A stretch of 64,000 nt of DNA, taken from the IMG/VR virus record IMGVR_UViG_3300046517_002304, positions 186,001-250,000 of that record; one strand, written 5' to 3'. Below the pieces are notes generated by a model. That model had not been told where the DNA came from. It saw only the letters and a list, made by a program, of their open reading frames with translations, and did not search any database. A program made the translations under genes and the position numbers. The first letter of the stretch is position 1. Every line of letters begins with the position of its first letter. This document shows, one piece after another, positions 27,757-37,981 of the stretch.

Positions 27757-29732
27757 TTAGTTTGTGAGCTTCCGCCGGACTTACCGCCCATTACCATTTG
27801 TAGCTGAACCTTTTGAGCGCCACTGCCAGCGGCTGCAAAAACCCTATCTGAAATTTGTAGCAATCCGTCTTTGAACACAATAACGGGGGCGACACATGGG
27901 TCAAGCTGGCCTTCTACCGATGTATCAGGGCAATCCTGTCCTGCTAGTAAATAGATATTTTCTTTAGCATAATGTAATATGCTTTCATCAGCCGCAAAAT
28001 ACACGTTCTTACATTCAACTACAAACTGATCTGACACGGAAAAGATCTTATTGCTCGGGTTACTTTCTGATCCAACTACTTCTACGCTGTCTCCGTATGT
28101 CTCAATATTTAATTGTCCACCAGCTCTTAGGAATACAAAAGATGTAAATGAGTCTGACGTTGCCGCATCTGCGCTTTCCTGCATTAAAAAAACGTGCGGA
28201 CCAGCTTCTTGATTATCTTTTTGAGGGCATAGTATTTGTACGCTTTGAGCCTTGGTATTTTCTTGGCTTGTAGAATCATCCATTACAAATTCTAAGCCAT
28301 ATCCAGTTTTAATATAAACTTTTCCAGCAGATGCCTTGGCAATGGGAAGTCCGCCAGACATGCGCATTGGAGAGCACTGTTGATTCCCTTCGTCAATCAT
28401 AGCAAATACGTGATTGGAAGTGGTAGTGACCTTATATCCTCTATTTTTTCCAGCAGAATTAGGGGGGCAGGCGGCATCTTGTGCATTTTCTTCCCCTTCT
28501 TCAGCGTTCCCCGCATTGCCAACAGTATGATCGTTTAATTCAACTTTAATACCACAGGCGGTTTCTAAAACAATACCATTACCGTCATCACGCACGCCTT
28601 TAGACGACTCAATGTCCTTCATGGTAATAGAATGGCCGGTGACACTTTTAAGAAATGCTTTTCCTATAAACTTATCAGTGCAACCAAAATCAAAATCTAA
28701 TCGCCAATCTGGATTACCGCTAGGTTGTTCTACTGAATCATCGAAAACTAATTGGTATCCTGCGATAGACTGTAATTGTACTCCTGATTGGGGTAATGCC
28801 GATGCGGCATTTTGTGGCGTAGGTGCGCCAGCATATAACCGACATTCTTCTTTATGCTTATAATAAGGATTAGATCCTTTGTTTAAATTTTCTACGTCTG
28901 GAGCTACCGTATTGGAACAGTTTACCATCTTGGTGCTGCATTCGCTCAAGTCATCCCCAGCTTGGCCGCATTGTGGATGCGCCCATTGTCCACTAGGATT
29001 TAAATGATCATCCTTAAACAATAACCAGTTTCCACGACCTGAAAACAATTCAACTCTTGAGTATCTCTCGTTGCATTTGTGGTCGCCGTCGTCAAACTTT
29101 AAAGTATGTTTGTTGTTTGTTTTAAACCCATAAATATGTGGATATGTAATTTTTTGATATGCGTTCGGATCTTCGTCAAATGTTTCAAATTGCGTTGAGT
29201 CAATTGCGTTATAATTTTCGCTTGTCCATGGAGGAAGCAACTGCGATTCATCGTCTGGGCCGACCAGATAACCCTTTCTTTTCCCATACCATATGTTATA
29301 ATATTCTTCAATTTCATATCCCCATTCATATGGTGCTTGTCCTCTGCTAACGGGATAAGTGGTTCCGAAATAATATGGAGCATTTCTGTTTCCATTTACG
29401 AAAGAGACTATAACTGTTGACCCAGCCGGTGGAACCCACGATACTCCGCTTGCATCAAATCCGCCAAACGTAGATATAGGATCTGCCCAAGGCAAGCTTT
29501 TAATATCTGCATCTTTATTATTTAAAATGCCAGTAAAAAATTGTATTCTATTTCGTTTTAGTGGGTCTAGGGTATTAACGCATAGCGCTAAGTAAATACC
29601 ATTTAGCGTTTCGCTGTGATAAGCAACGCGCCAGTTCTTGACGAAATCAGAAGTAAGAATTTTATCTACTTTTCCACCTAGTGAAAAAATATATGATTCT
29701 AAATCTTGAACTTTTTGTTGCAGCGACGACAT
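27753..29732 (-). CDS. Baseplate central spike, gp5/VgrG-like with OB-fold
   Basis: DPLKRNRIQ..LPWA..VPPAGSTVIVSFVNGNRNAPYYFG OB-fold followed by repeated beta strands. No lysozyme motif seen. Confidence 0.85.
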   Translation of the reverse strand: MSSLQQKVQDLESYIFSLGGKVDKILTSDFVKNWRVAYHSETLNGIYLALCVNTLDPLKRNRIQFFTGILNNKDADIKSLPWADPISTFGGFDASGVSWVPPAGSTVIVSFVNGNRNAPYYFGTTYPVSRGQAPYEWGYEIEEYYNIWYGKRKGYLVGPDDESQLLPPWTSENYNAIDSTQFETFDEDPNAYQKITYPHIYGFKTNNKHTLKFDDGDHKCNERYSRVELFSGRGNWLLFKDDHLNPSGQWAHPQCGQAGDDLSECSTKMVNCSNTVAPDVENLNKGSNPYYKHKEECRLYAGAPTPQNAASALPQSGVQLQSIAGYQLVFDDSVEQPSGNPDWRLDFDFGCTDKFIGKAFLKSVTGHSITMKDIESSKGVRDDGNGIVLETACGIKVELNDHTVGNAGNAEEGEENAQDAACPPNSAGKNRGYKVTTTSNHVFAMIDEGNQQCSPMRMSGGLPIAKASAGKVYIKTGYGLEFVMDDSTSQENTKAQSVQILCPQKDNQEAGPHVFLMQESADAATSDSFTSFVFLRAGGQLNIETYGDSVEVVGSESNPSNKIFSVSDQFVVECKNVYFAADESILHYAKENIYLLAGQDCPDTSVEGQLDPCVAPVIVFKDGLLQISDRVFAAAGSGAQKVQLQMVMGGKSGGSSQTN

Positions 29733-29733
29733 C

Positions 29734-31296
29734 TTAATCTCCTATACCGTTATTTATGTCTGTATCTATACCAGGTTGTGCCAGCACTAATTCTAATGTA
29801 GTGGTATAAGATCCTTCCTTAATGTCATGAAAAAAGCTTTTTATCATCCAAGATTTATTAGACAAAACCGAATTGCACAATGCTAAGTTACTGCTGCTGC
29901 TCATTGTTTGTATAGTCCAGTCACAAGTAGTAGTCGTGCCAGATGGTATAAATGAATTGATGACTACCACTGTTATTAGTTGCCCGATGTCTTGAATATA
30001 CTGATAAGATGGATCGCCTTGTATTCTAAGTTCCGCCGTAATCGCCTCAAACGCATTTTCTGCTAAGAACTGTTTTCGGTCAGCGCGCATTCTATCAACC
30101 ATAGCATCGCTTCCACGAGAATCGTCAATCGGATGCGACGGAGACTGCATTGTTGTTATCCCAGGCTTTGTGTTTTTAGGCTTATCTCCGTCTTGGCAGT
30201 CTTCTAGTTTTTGATCGTCTTGCTTAACATCTTTTTGTTGATTTTTATCCTGCACGGCACCAGCTTTTAGTGATGGAACATATATCCATTTTATATTTGG
30301 GGTAAAACTTAAAACTTTACTCTGAACACCACCGTTTACAATATAAACTCTTTTCTCAAGTGGATCGATATCTGGAATTTGGGGAAATTTTTCGCAGCCG
30401 GGCTTGTCATTCTCTCTAATTATTAAATTAATACCTTTCGCCCCACTCTCAAACATTACTTTAAAGCCTTGTCCATTGATACTTTCAACAACGCCGAGCC
30501 AGTCGCGTAATATAGACAAAGGAGTTCTTCCTAAAGTATTCCATTTAACTTTTGGTCCGAGCGTTTGTTCATTAATTCCATTATTTGATGCAAAAAATGG
30601 TCTATCTGGCTCATCTGGCATTGAAACTATGTTGCCTTTGGCATCTCTCATCTGATATATGACAGAGTCTACCGATGGAACGGCATATGCTACAAATAAC
30701 GTAGTGATCGCATGAACAAGAGGTATTTCTGGAACTTCTGCATCTACCACCTGCTCATGATATATGTCAGAAGGATCTACGCATGTTATCGTAAACCTAA
30801 ACATGCCATTTTCTAAAACTGGAACTATATGTCTGATAATGGCAGTGTGAGACCCGCTAATTAATCTTGCATCAATCGATGCAAGCGAACCTTCGCCATT
30901 TGAGCCACACTCATCGCCACTCCATCCCCATCTAAAAATAATCTTATGATCTTCGTCAAAATTATCTTCTTTTAAATCTTGCGCTAACTTGTTAACAAAA
31001 CTACAGAAATTACCACCTTGTACATCAACTATTTCAAACTTAACAGTAAATCCATCGCTTGATCCATATTGAAATGATTTAATCGCAGCATATGCGGTTT
31101 GTCCGCCTTGTGATTCGTTTCCTACGGTAATAACTTGAGCATTAGGGTTGTCTATATCGCCATTGATGGCTATTTTTACCCAAGGAATAAGAACAGCAAA
31201 TGGAGGCGGTTGGTTTTGTGGAAAATCTAATAGATTTCCGCCAACCGGATCTATAAGAAAATCTGGAATTTTGCAATCACAAGGTATTACTGCCAT
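29734..31296 (-). CDS. Baseplate hub protein (gp27/gpD-like)
   Basis: Lies between the gp53-like and gp5-like genes; AELRIQGDP..WMIKSFFHDIK.GSYTTTLEL C-terminus. Confidence 0.65.
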   Translation of the reverse strand: MAVIPCDCKIPDFLIDPVGGNLLDFPQNQPPPFAVLIPWVKIAINGDIDNPNAQVITVGNESQGGQTAYAAIKSFQYGSSDGFTVKFEIVDVQGGNFCSFVNKLAQDLKEDNFDEDHKIIFRWGWSGDECGSNGEGSLASIDARLISGSHTAIIRHIVPVLENGMFRFTITCVDPSDIYHEQVVDAEVPEIPLVHAITTLFVAYAVPSVDSVIYQMRDAKGNIVSMPDEPDRPFFASNNGINEQTLGPKVKWNTLGRTPLSILRDWLGVVESINGQGFKVMFESGAKGINLIIRENDKPGCEKFPQIPDIDPLEKRVYIVNGGVQSKVLSFTPNIKWIYVPSLKAGAVQDKNQQKDVKQDDQKLEDCQDGDKPKNTKPGITTMQSPSHPIDDSRGSDAMVDRMRADRKQFLAENAFEAITAELRIQGDPSYQYIQDIGQLITVVVINSFIPSGTTTTCDWTIQTMSSSSNLALCNSVLSNKSWMIKSFFHDIKEGSYTTTLELVLAQPGIDTDINNGIGD

Positions 31297-31298
31297 TA

Positions 31299-31625
31299 TT
31301 AAAAGACCAATGCTGGGATACGAATGTTTAGACCTGCTTTGAAGTTATATATATCCATTATATTGTTGGCTTGGAGTATTTTCCACCACAATCTAGGATC
31401 TTGATAAACATCATTCGCAAGTAAATCTGGTCTATATTCGTATTTTTTATTAAGTACTGTGAAAATATCGTTTGGTGAAACTGGAATTGCGACCTTTTTG
31501 TACGTCTCAAATGTAATGTATTTTTCTATGTTGGTATTATAATAAATTACATTTGAATTAATGTATCTACTTGAACCGTCAACATATTGGCTGGCCGGTA
31601 TATTAGTGGGTTGTATAGTTATCAT
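31299..31625 (-). CDS. Baseplate gp53/LysM-like protein
   Basis: YRPDLLANDVYQDPRLWWKILQANNI..GLNIRIP. Confidence 0.85.
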   Translation of the reverse strand: MITIQPTNIPASQYVDGSSRYINSNVIYYNTNIEKYITFETYKKVAIPVSPNDIFTVLNKKYEYRPDLLANDVYQDPRLWWKILQANNIMDIYNFKAGLNIRIPALVF

Positions 31626-32176
31626 TTAAAGCAACTCTGCGAAAGTTGAACATCGCTTAATATTCTCTCTTGTCCAGGCAAATCAGTGGTGTTATAGACA
31701 ACGTCCATTTCTATATCCATAGTAAAGTAATATGGGATTAATTTAGTTGGCTCCCAAGGAACATCTCTTGGTAATTTTAATGAGTATCTTTTTATAACTA
31801 CGCATAAAGGATCTTTAGATAAAAGTTGTCCGCAATATAACTGACATAACTGTGGTGGGCGATATGGTAACGCTGTTGCGAGGAATCCGGCTCTAGGATA
31901 TGTAGCACTTTGGATTAATCTGCAATAACCCAAATTACAATTAATTGCATCTGATGTATCTGAATAAAAGTATGCAGTCATTCCTATGGTTCTATTTTCG
32001 CTATACGCATATGTTTTAACAGGAAATGATCTACCCATGACCGGCTCGTCATTATACTGAGCAGCCTTACTGTCTGAAATATCAGGTAATATTTTTAGCG
32101 GTATAACAAATGTACCTATTGTTAAAGTACATCCTGTTGCGGTAAGTGCCCCTGTGGGTGATGTTGCTAGTGTCAT
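31622..32176 (-). CDS. Tail tube initiator (gp48/gp54/gpU-like)
   Basis: QYNDEPVMGRSFPVKTYAYSENRTI; located right after the tape measure gene. Confidence 0.65.
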   Translation of the reverse strand: MTLATSPTGALTATGCTLTIGTFVIPLKILPDISDSKAAQYNDEPVMGRSFPVKTYAYSENRTIGMTAYFYSDTSDAINCNLGYCRLIQSATYPRAGFLATALPYRPPQLCQLYCGQLLSKDPLCVVIKRYSLKLPRDVPWEPTKLIPYYFTMDIEMDVVYNTTDLPGQERILSDVQLSQSCFK

Positions 32177-32213
32177 TGTAGTATTATAGTTATTTAGTTA
32201 TGAAGGCTGCTGA

Positions 32214-35200
32214 TTAAGTTTGTTGAGTGTATGACATGTTTCTGTTTATGCTGCCAGACCTAGTGTTGCTAACTTGTCTGCCGTAATCCGGAGCTACTGA
32301 ACCTTTGGCATTTGGACTTGTGTCTGGAGAAGTGTTTGACGTTCTTAGTTCTTCTAAAATTTCAGAAAGCGTAGTTTGCATAGACGTTAATGCATCAACA
32401 GCGCTTCCGGTATTAGATGCTACATCCGTTAATTGTTTTGTGCTTTCGGATTCTACGTCTGCTTTCGCTTGCGCAGCGCGCTCTTCTCTTAGAGTATCGA
32501 TTGACGCACCACTGGTGGCAGCGCTCATCTTGCCTAACTGATCATCTATATCTTTTAGTTCTTTATCATATGCTGTGATTCGGCCTTTATCGCCCTCAAT
32601 CATGGCATTATCGCTATTATTGGCCCACCAGTTAAGTGGATTGAACCATGATCCTTTATTCTTTTCCAATTGCTTAATATTATTCTCTGCACCGCCTCTT
32701 AGTCTTGTTAGGTTTGCTTTTTGATTTTGTAGCTCTTCTAATTTTTTAGGATCATCTAGGCCAGCTAATTGCTTCTGCCGATCAGCCATACCCATTTTAT
32801 CTATTTTTCTTTCCGATTCTGTTTTGCGAACTGCTGCGTTTGATTGATAAGACTCATATTGTCTTTTTCCGATTTGAACAAAGTCTCCGGTGCTCATAGA
32901 TGCGATATCACCAGCCTTGCTCGCGTAATCCCATCCTCCCCAATCCTTAAGGTTTTCTGGTCTTCTAGCATCCCAATCATTAGTACTAGTAGCGGCCCCT
33001 TCATATGCCCCTAAGGCCATAGCCACAGGAGTTGCCAATCTACCAGCAAGCTTACCAGCACCCATTGCGACTCTCCCCACTCCACCTAAGCCTCTTCCAG
33101 CAGCGCCTAATCCTCGTCCTAATGCTGCGCCAGCCCTTCCGAATCTGCTTCCAGCTCCCGCCGCCCCGCCCGCGCCACGAATGCCACCTGCACCAGCAGC
33201 AGCGCCACGAACGCCACCTGCACCAGCAGCACCTCTTACACCACCAGCCGCTCCCCGAACACCAGCACCCCCCGCCCCTGCGGCTTCTGCTCCAGCAGCA
33301 CCGGCGCGTCCATTCCATAACGCTCTACCCGCGTTTAATCCCCAACTTGCAAGTTGTTTGCCAAAAATACCCGCGCCAAAAGCGACAGCAGGATGTATAT
33401 TCGGCGCGGCCCCAGTTCCAAATTTAGCCAGCCAATCATAAATTTTTTCTAGCCATTGATTAGCCTGTTGTTGCGGCGATCTCATTTTAGAAATTTCAGC
33501 CCTAACCTGCTCATTGGTGTTTTCTAATAATTGTAATTTTTCCTCTGCTGACTTTCCGGCTAAAGCACCTGGCTCTAGTTGAGTGCCAAGCCCCGCGCCT
33601 TTTGCCATTTCATTAATTTCATCGGCGGCTTTTTGCAATTCGGCATCAGAAACTCCCTTTGCCCCCCTCTTATCAAATGCCGTTGTTTGATCTCTTAATA
33701 TTTTGTCAACATGTTGACTTTGTAGACCAAATAATTGATCTTTTGCTGCATTAATTTGTAATTTATTGCCTAATTTTTCGGCATTAGCCAACACGTCTTT
33801 TTGAGCCTTAATTTTTTTCTCAATGTCTTCCATGTTTTTTCCGCTGATACTTTCCTTCCATGCTTTGACGACCTGTTTTAATTCACCTATTTCCATTCCC
33901 ATGCTATGAGCAAAGACCGCCTGTCCTTGTTTGCTCATTTTTTCAAAAGCTGCAAATTCTTTCTCTAGTCCCTTGCCAAATTGCGCTACTAATTTTTCAT
34001 CACCCAGTATATCTTCGCCAGCATTAAACTTGCCTCTTAATCCTGATTTGTCAAGTATTCTTTGGAATAAAGTAAAGTATTTAGACCCACCCATCGCAGC
34101 TCTTGCTGGACCTCCAGCTAGTAGTTTTTGGAACTCGCCTACTTGTTCCCCAACGCCAAATTTTTGACCAGCAGCAGTTAATTTTAAAACATTATCTGCT
34201 GAACTAGATGTTAAGCTATTGATATTTCTTAAATAGTCCATCATAACTTTTGACGAATGAACGGCTTTGGCTAAGCTATCCCCCATCAATCCAGTAGTTC
34301 TAGCAGTATCTCTCATAGAGCGAGTCATTGCTGTGATTTGCCTATCGCCCAAACCAAGCTCTTGTGTCCATTGTCCAAATAATTCGGCAGTAGAATCTGC
34401 ATCCATGCCAAGCTCAAACGCAGCTCTTCCAGATGCCGTTAACGCTTTTTCTGCTTGTTGGCTGTCCTTCATGCCCATTCTGGTTAACTTAACATAATTT
34501 TTCATCAAAACTAATCGATTAAGCCCGGTTTTATTCTGGGCGTCTTGAATTACCTTGATATTTTTCTCAATTCTTTCAATTCCGCCGAATTTTGCACTTA
34601 TATCCTGTACTTGTAAGGCCGTTTGAGCCATCGCATCGTAGAATTTAATGCCCTCGCCAAATGCCGGCCCCAGTGTACTTAAGTCGCCGGCTCCGATAGC
34701 GCCAATGGCTCCTACGATCAAATCATGTGTTTTACCAAAGACGGCATTTTGTAAACTAGCCACAGCATCTTTGTATACATCTTTTAAACCTGTATACTGT
34801 TTGTTATTTCCAGACCCAACATCCCCGCCTATTCCGGATTTTGATTGGCGTTCTGCCATTCTCCCAATTTCATCATATGAATCTAAGATTAATTTATCCT
34901 TAGCTTTCATTCTTTGATGAATAGACTTGAGTATTTTGGTGATATTATTTAGATGCTTATCAGTCCTGATATCATGAGTATAAATACTCCCCTTCTTAAG
35001 CCCAGCGTGTGCTAGCTTTGCCAACTCTATGTGTTCTTTACTCTTTTTTTCTTTCTTGCTGTTTTTAAGGCTAGTGTTTAATCGTTCGGCTATCTTATGC
35101 AGTTCTTTGGCATTGCTACTGATTATCTTCTTATTTTCTTGAGAAAGACGCTCAAGAGCCTTTTGCATCTTCGTTTGGTTGTGGCTTAGCTCAAGCATGG

Positions 35201-35336
35201 ACTGACGAAGAAAATCCATGTCCGTTTTATTGCTGGTATTTTGTACAGGGCTTTTTAGCGAAGCAATGAGCGCTTTCGCAAAATCGCCGCCGCCGCCCTG
35301 AAAAGGAACGTTATTACCGAGAGAATCTTGAGGCAT
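32214..35336 (-). CDS. Tail tape measure protein
   Basis: 1040 aa, helical, A/G/K/E/Q-rich, with a G/A-rich hydrophobic segment; precedes the baseplate genes. Confidence 0.8.
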   Translation of the reverse strand: MPQDSLGNNVPFQGGGGDFAKALIASLKSPVQNTSNKTDMDFLRQSMLELSHNQTKMQKALERLSQENKKIISSNAKELHKIAERLNTSLKNSKKEKKSKEHIELAKLAHAGLKKGSIYTHDIRTDKHLNNITKILKSIHQRMKAKDKLILDSYDEIGRMAERQSKSGIGGDVGSGNNKQYTGLKDVYKDAVASLQNAVFGKTHDLIVGAIGAIGAGDLSTLGPAFGEGIKFYDAMAQTALQVQDISAKFGGIERIEKNIKVIQDAQNKTGLNRLVLMKNYVKLTRMGMKDSQQAEKALTASGRAAFELGMDADSTAELFGQWTQELGLGDRQITAMTRSMRDTARTTGLMGDSLAKAVHSSKVMMDYLRNINSLTSSSADNVLKLTAAGQKFGVGEQVGEFQKLLAGGPARAAMGGSKYFTLFQRILDKSGLRGKFNAGEDILGDEKLVAQFGKGLEKEFAAFEKMSKQGQAVFAHSMGMEIGELKQVVKAWKESISGKNMEDIEKKIKAQKDVLANAEKLGNKLQINAAKDQLFGLQSQHVDKILRDQTTAFDKRGAKGVSDAELQKAADEINEMAKGAGLGTQLEPGALAGKSAEEKLQLLENTNEQVRAEISKMRSPQQQANQWLEKIYDWLAKFGTGAAPNIHPAVAFGAGIFGKQLASWGLNAGRALWNGRAGAAGAEAAGAGGAGVRGAAGGVRGAAGAGGVRGAAAGAGGIRGAGGAAGAGSRFGRAGAALGRGLGAAGRGLGGVGRVAMGAGKLAGRLATPVAMALGAYEGAATSTNDWDARRPENLKDWGGWDYASKAGDIASMSTGDFVQIGKRQYESYQSNAAVRKTESERKIDKMGMADRQKQLAGLDDPKKLEELQNQKANLTRLRGGAENNIKQLEKNKGSWFNPLNWWANNSDNAMIEGDKGRITAYDKELKDIDDQLGKMSAATSGASIDTLREERAAQAKADVESESTKQLTDVASNTGSAVDALTSMQTTLSEILEELRTSNTSPDTSPNAKGSVAPDYGRQVSNTRSGSINRNMSYTQQT
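33183..33231. repeat. 19-nt direct repeat (30-nt period) within the Gly/Ala-rich tape measure segment
   Basis: GCCACCTGCACCAGCAGCA at 33183-33201 and 33213-33231. Confidence 0.85.
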
Positions 35337-35411
35337 GGGTTATTCTCTATTTACTGCAAATTTTTTCTATTTTGTACTTCCCTTTTTCAAATTTTGCTGT
35401 ATTATTGTAGT

Positions 35412-36149
35412 ATGAACACTCAAGAATCAGACTGGAATAGCCGAATCATCGCCTTGTTTGTGATGTCTTTCTTTGGCGCGGCACTTCCGTTTATGGTCGT
35501 CGGCCAGTTCCACGCAGAAGAAAATTGTACCGTATTGCCGTCATTTGAAAAATACGGAGCCAAAAAACCGTATCCAGTAATCAGCGATCATACGGAATAC
35601 GATAAGGCTGTGATAGACGTAATTGATTCGTCTTACAGGCAAGAACTCGCCGCAGCTAAAAATGAAGGCGAAGTAATGCCAAGATATGCTTTGTTGTTAA
35701 AAGATGTTCACGACACTTTAGCTGTTAGCTTCGGATTCTTCCAAAGTAATGTTTCTCTTTGGAATAGCATTGTCTTTATTACTGCCCTTTGTGTTATGCA
35801 ATGGGTAAGCGGAGTATGGGTATATTTCTTTTCTAGAAATATTGCCGTTTCCCTGAGATTAAATATGTTCAATATTGGGTGTGCGTCTTTAGCCTTCTTG
35901 TGCCTATGGACCCATTTGTTTCCATCTCTTTCATTTATCGGAGCAATATTTTACTATGTCTTGCCGATACCAGTGTTGATATGCTGGTTGTTATATGGAT
36001 TGGTATACTTCTACAACATGATTGTTTTGAAACACGAAAATCTATTCACTAACTCTCTGTATGCCTTTTGGCATTACTGTGGGTTTTTGGTAATGTTTAA
36101 TTACATAACAAATTGCAGCGTGCCTTGGTTGCCTGGAGCATCATCATGA
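35412..36149 (+). CDS. Multi-pass membrane protein, hypothetical
   Basis: Likely start MNTQESDW at 35412; about 5-6 hydrophobic segments. Confidence 0.6.
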   Translation: MNTQESDWNSRIIALFVMSFFGAALPFMVVGQFHAEENCTVLPSFEKYGAKKPYPVISDHTEYDKAVIDVIDSSYRQELAAAKNEGEVMPRYALLLKDVHDTLAVSFGFFQSNVSLWNSIVFITALCVMQWVSGVWVYFFSRNIAVSLRLNMFNIGCASLAFLCLWTHLFPSLSFIGAIFYYVLPIPVLICWLLYGLVYFYNMIVLKHENLFTNSLYAFWHYCGFLVMFNYITNCSVPWLPGASS

Positions 36150-36412
36150 GAACATGCGTAGCACTATTCGTCTTTATTTTGATTTCATCATTCTGTCTTG
36201 CCACCTTATGTTTGTGCGTAAGTTGGCACAGGCATGAAAAACCGAAATACATTGACAGCATCATGATTTCAAGATGCTCAGAATACAACTCCAAGCGGAC
36301 AGAATGGGAAAAACTACACTGGAATAAATTTGTTGCGCATATTCGGAGAGATGAGCCATCGCTTTGGGAGCAATACGGCGATCAGCTTAACCGTGGCGTG
36401 TCGGCCAACTAG
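36113..36412 (+). CDS. Small membrane-anchored hypothetical protein
   Basis: N-terminal hydrophobic helix. Start uncertain (ATG near 36146). Confidence 0.5.
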   Translation: MQRALVAWSIIMRTCVALFVFILISSFCLATLCLCVSWHRHEKPKYIDSIMISRCSEYNSKRTEWEKLHWNKFVAHIRRDEPSLWEQYGDQLNRGVSAN

Positions 36413-36692
36413 GGAACTTGCTGTTTCCAGCATTTGGCTGAGTTAGACCTATAACCGTTTTTTGATTTGCTAGATCTGCCGCAAGTCGCTTAACGGTTGT
36501 TTGGTTTGTCATGTTTACTGGAGGACGCTTATTTTTTACGGTTGATATCGCTCCGCTTCCTGTTCCAATATTTGACTTTTGAATAATATCAGAGCCATAA
36601 CCTAACCTTTTAAGTTCTTCGTCATCAAGAACATTTTCAGGGTCTAATCCATACGGATAGTTCTCGTTTAACCATTCTATAAAAGTGATCAA
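36387..36692 (-). CDS. Hypothetical protein with N-terminal FIEWLNE motif
   Basis: MITFIEWLNE; TTG start overlaps the upstream TGA. Confidence 0.55.
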   Translation of the reverse strand: MITFIEWLNENYPYGLDPENVLDDEELKRLGYGSDIIQKSNIGTGSGAISTVKNKRPPVNMTNQTTVKRLAADLANQKTVIGLTQPNAGNSKFPSWPTRHG

Positions 36693-37222
36693 ATGCCGCT
36701 CCCATCTCCTGGTTGAACGGCGCGGCCCTGTCGCACCATATTCCTCATGCCTTGTAAAGCGGCATTATAATCAGGCTGTTGGCCTGGTTGGGTAGCATTT
36801 GCCTTATAGGTTTGTCCATTAAAACTTAATTGTTTACCGTTGCCTGCTTGTAATGCTCGGCCTACGTTGGTGAGGAAGTTTTGAACCTTTGGATCGGTTA
36901 GACCAACCTTTTTTAAATCTCCTTGTAAATCAGTGATTTTTCTAGTTGTCTGCATCACTTGATTGCGTTGTTGGCCTTGTTGAAAATTATTGGATACATT
37001 TTGACCGAAAGACTGTATGCCAGATTTAACCGCTTGTCCTACGGCGTTAACTCCATTGCCGATTGCTTGGCCGATGCCGCCAAGCAACTCGTTATAAATT
37101 TGCTCTTCTGATAATGCATTTTTTCTAGCCAGATACATGGCTACTTCATAAAATTCGTCAAACGATAGCCCAGAGATATCTTCTATATTTTTTTGGATTA
37201 GAAACTCTTTGAATAATTGCAT
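36689..37222 (-). CDS. Gln/Gly-rich hypothetical protein with FKEFL motif
   Basis: MQLFKEFLIQKNIE; TACATA-N4-ATG upstream. Confidence 0.6.
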   Translation of the reverse strand: MQLFKEFLIQKNIEDISGLSFDEFYEVAMYLARKNALSEEQIYNELLGGIGQAIGNGVNAVGQAVKSGIQSFGQNVSNNFQQGQQRNQVMQTTRKITDLQGDLKKVGLTDPKVQNFLTNVGRALQAGNGKQLSFNGQTYKANATQPGQQPDYNAALQGMRNMVRQGRAVQPGDGSGI

Positions 37223-37226
37223 ACTC

Positions 37227-37232
37227 TATGTA
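37227..37232 (-). promoter_or_regulatory. Late-promoter-like TACATA
   Basis: 4 nt before ATG 37222. Confidence 0.4.
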
Positions 37233-37236
37233 TTCC

Positions 37237-37785
37237 TTACATCCCAGGAAAAGGTGGCGGTCCTGCTGGCATCTGCGGAATTTGAGGGCCAATTCGTTTA
37301 TCCATAGAAAACATATCGTGTTGATGCGGCGTAATCATATTCTGTAATTGCCCGGCCATGTCTTGTGCATTAGGATTCTGTATATCCTGCATTTGCTGCT
37401 TGATTTGATTCTGGATAGCGGCAATTTCGTTAGGATTGAATCGGAATGATCTAATGACCCCAAGTGTTTTGTTTAGGACTTCGCAGTCCATCATATGCAT
37501 ATTTCTAATGCCAGTTTTTTTGTAAGTCCTAAAAGAATTATATAAAAACCTATCGCCTTTAATTTTATAGTAGCCAAACGTCTTATCATCGCAAAAATTC
37601 TTAAGTAATTTTCGGACATAAACAAAGGTTAAATAATGTAAGTTTATACCCGCAATCCGTCCGTCTGAATAGATACTTGTTACCAGGACTAGCGGACTCG
37701 GATCGTTTCTGTGGAACAGATATTGAAAGTTAATTAAACTTCCCTTTTGTACGGTTGTACTATAGATTCTGCGGAACGGGATCAT
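37237..37785 (-). CDS. DNA end protector protein (T4 gp2-like)
   Basis: GSLINFQY..DPSPLVLV..GINLHYL..RKLL..FRTY pattern of the gp2 family. Confidence 0.7.
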   Translation of the reverse strand: MIPFRRIYSTTVQKGSLINFQYLFHRNDPSPLVLVTSIYSDGRIAGINLHYLTFVYVRKLLKNFCDDKTFGYYKIKGDRFLYNSFRTYKKTGIRNMHMMDCEVLNKTLGVIRSFRFNPNEIAAIQNQIKQQMQDIQNPNAQDMAGQLQNMITPHQHDMFSMDKRIGPQIPQMPAGPPPFPGM

Positions 37786-37930
37786 CTACAATGGCCAAAT
37801 GGCTTACCCTTTCCTTAATGTTCTTAATTTCTTCCTTGATAGTCTCAAGAACTTGAATTTTTTCGCTTAGTTCTTGCTCACTTTTAGCGGAAGGCTGCTT
37901 CTTTTTAGTTTCCTTAACCTTGCGGGCCAT
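37760..37930 (-). CDS. Small hypothetical protein
   Basis: Likely start MARKVK at 37930 with AGGA upstream. Confidence 0.45.
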   Translation of the reverse strand: MARKVKETKKKQPSAKSEQELSEKIQVLETIKEEIKNIKERVSHLAIVDDPVPQNL

Positions 37931-37971
37931 ATAATTCCTACCAGAAAGGGACAATAATATATATAGCGACA

Positions 37972-37977
37972 TAAATA
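37972..37977 (+). promoter_or_regulatory. Late-promoter-like TAAATA
   Basis: 4 nt before ATG 37982. Confidence 0.6.
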
Positions 37978-37981
37978 CAAT

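Noticed and set aside
33032-33441. Plus-strand and alternate-frame ORFs with His/Gln/Arg/Cys/Pro repeats
   Set aside because: They are shadows of the GC-rich Gly/Ala repeat in the tape measure gene.
20961-35336. Extracellular contractile injection system or tailocin locus
   Set aside because: The gene order resembles P2/eCIS, but the module sits among a primase, a gp2-like gene, T4-type late promoters and dense phage hypotheticals, with no bacterial housekeeping context.
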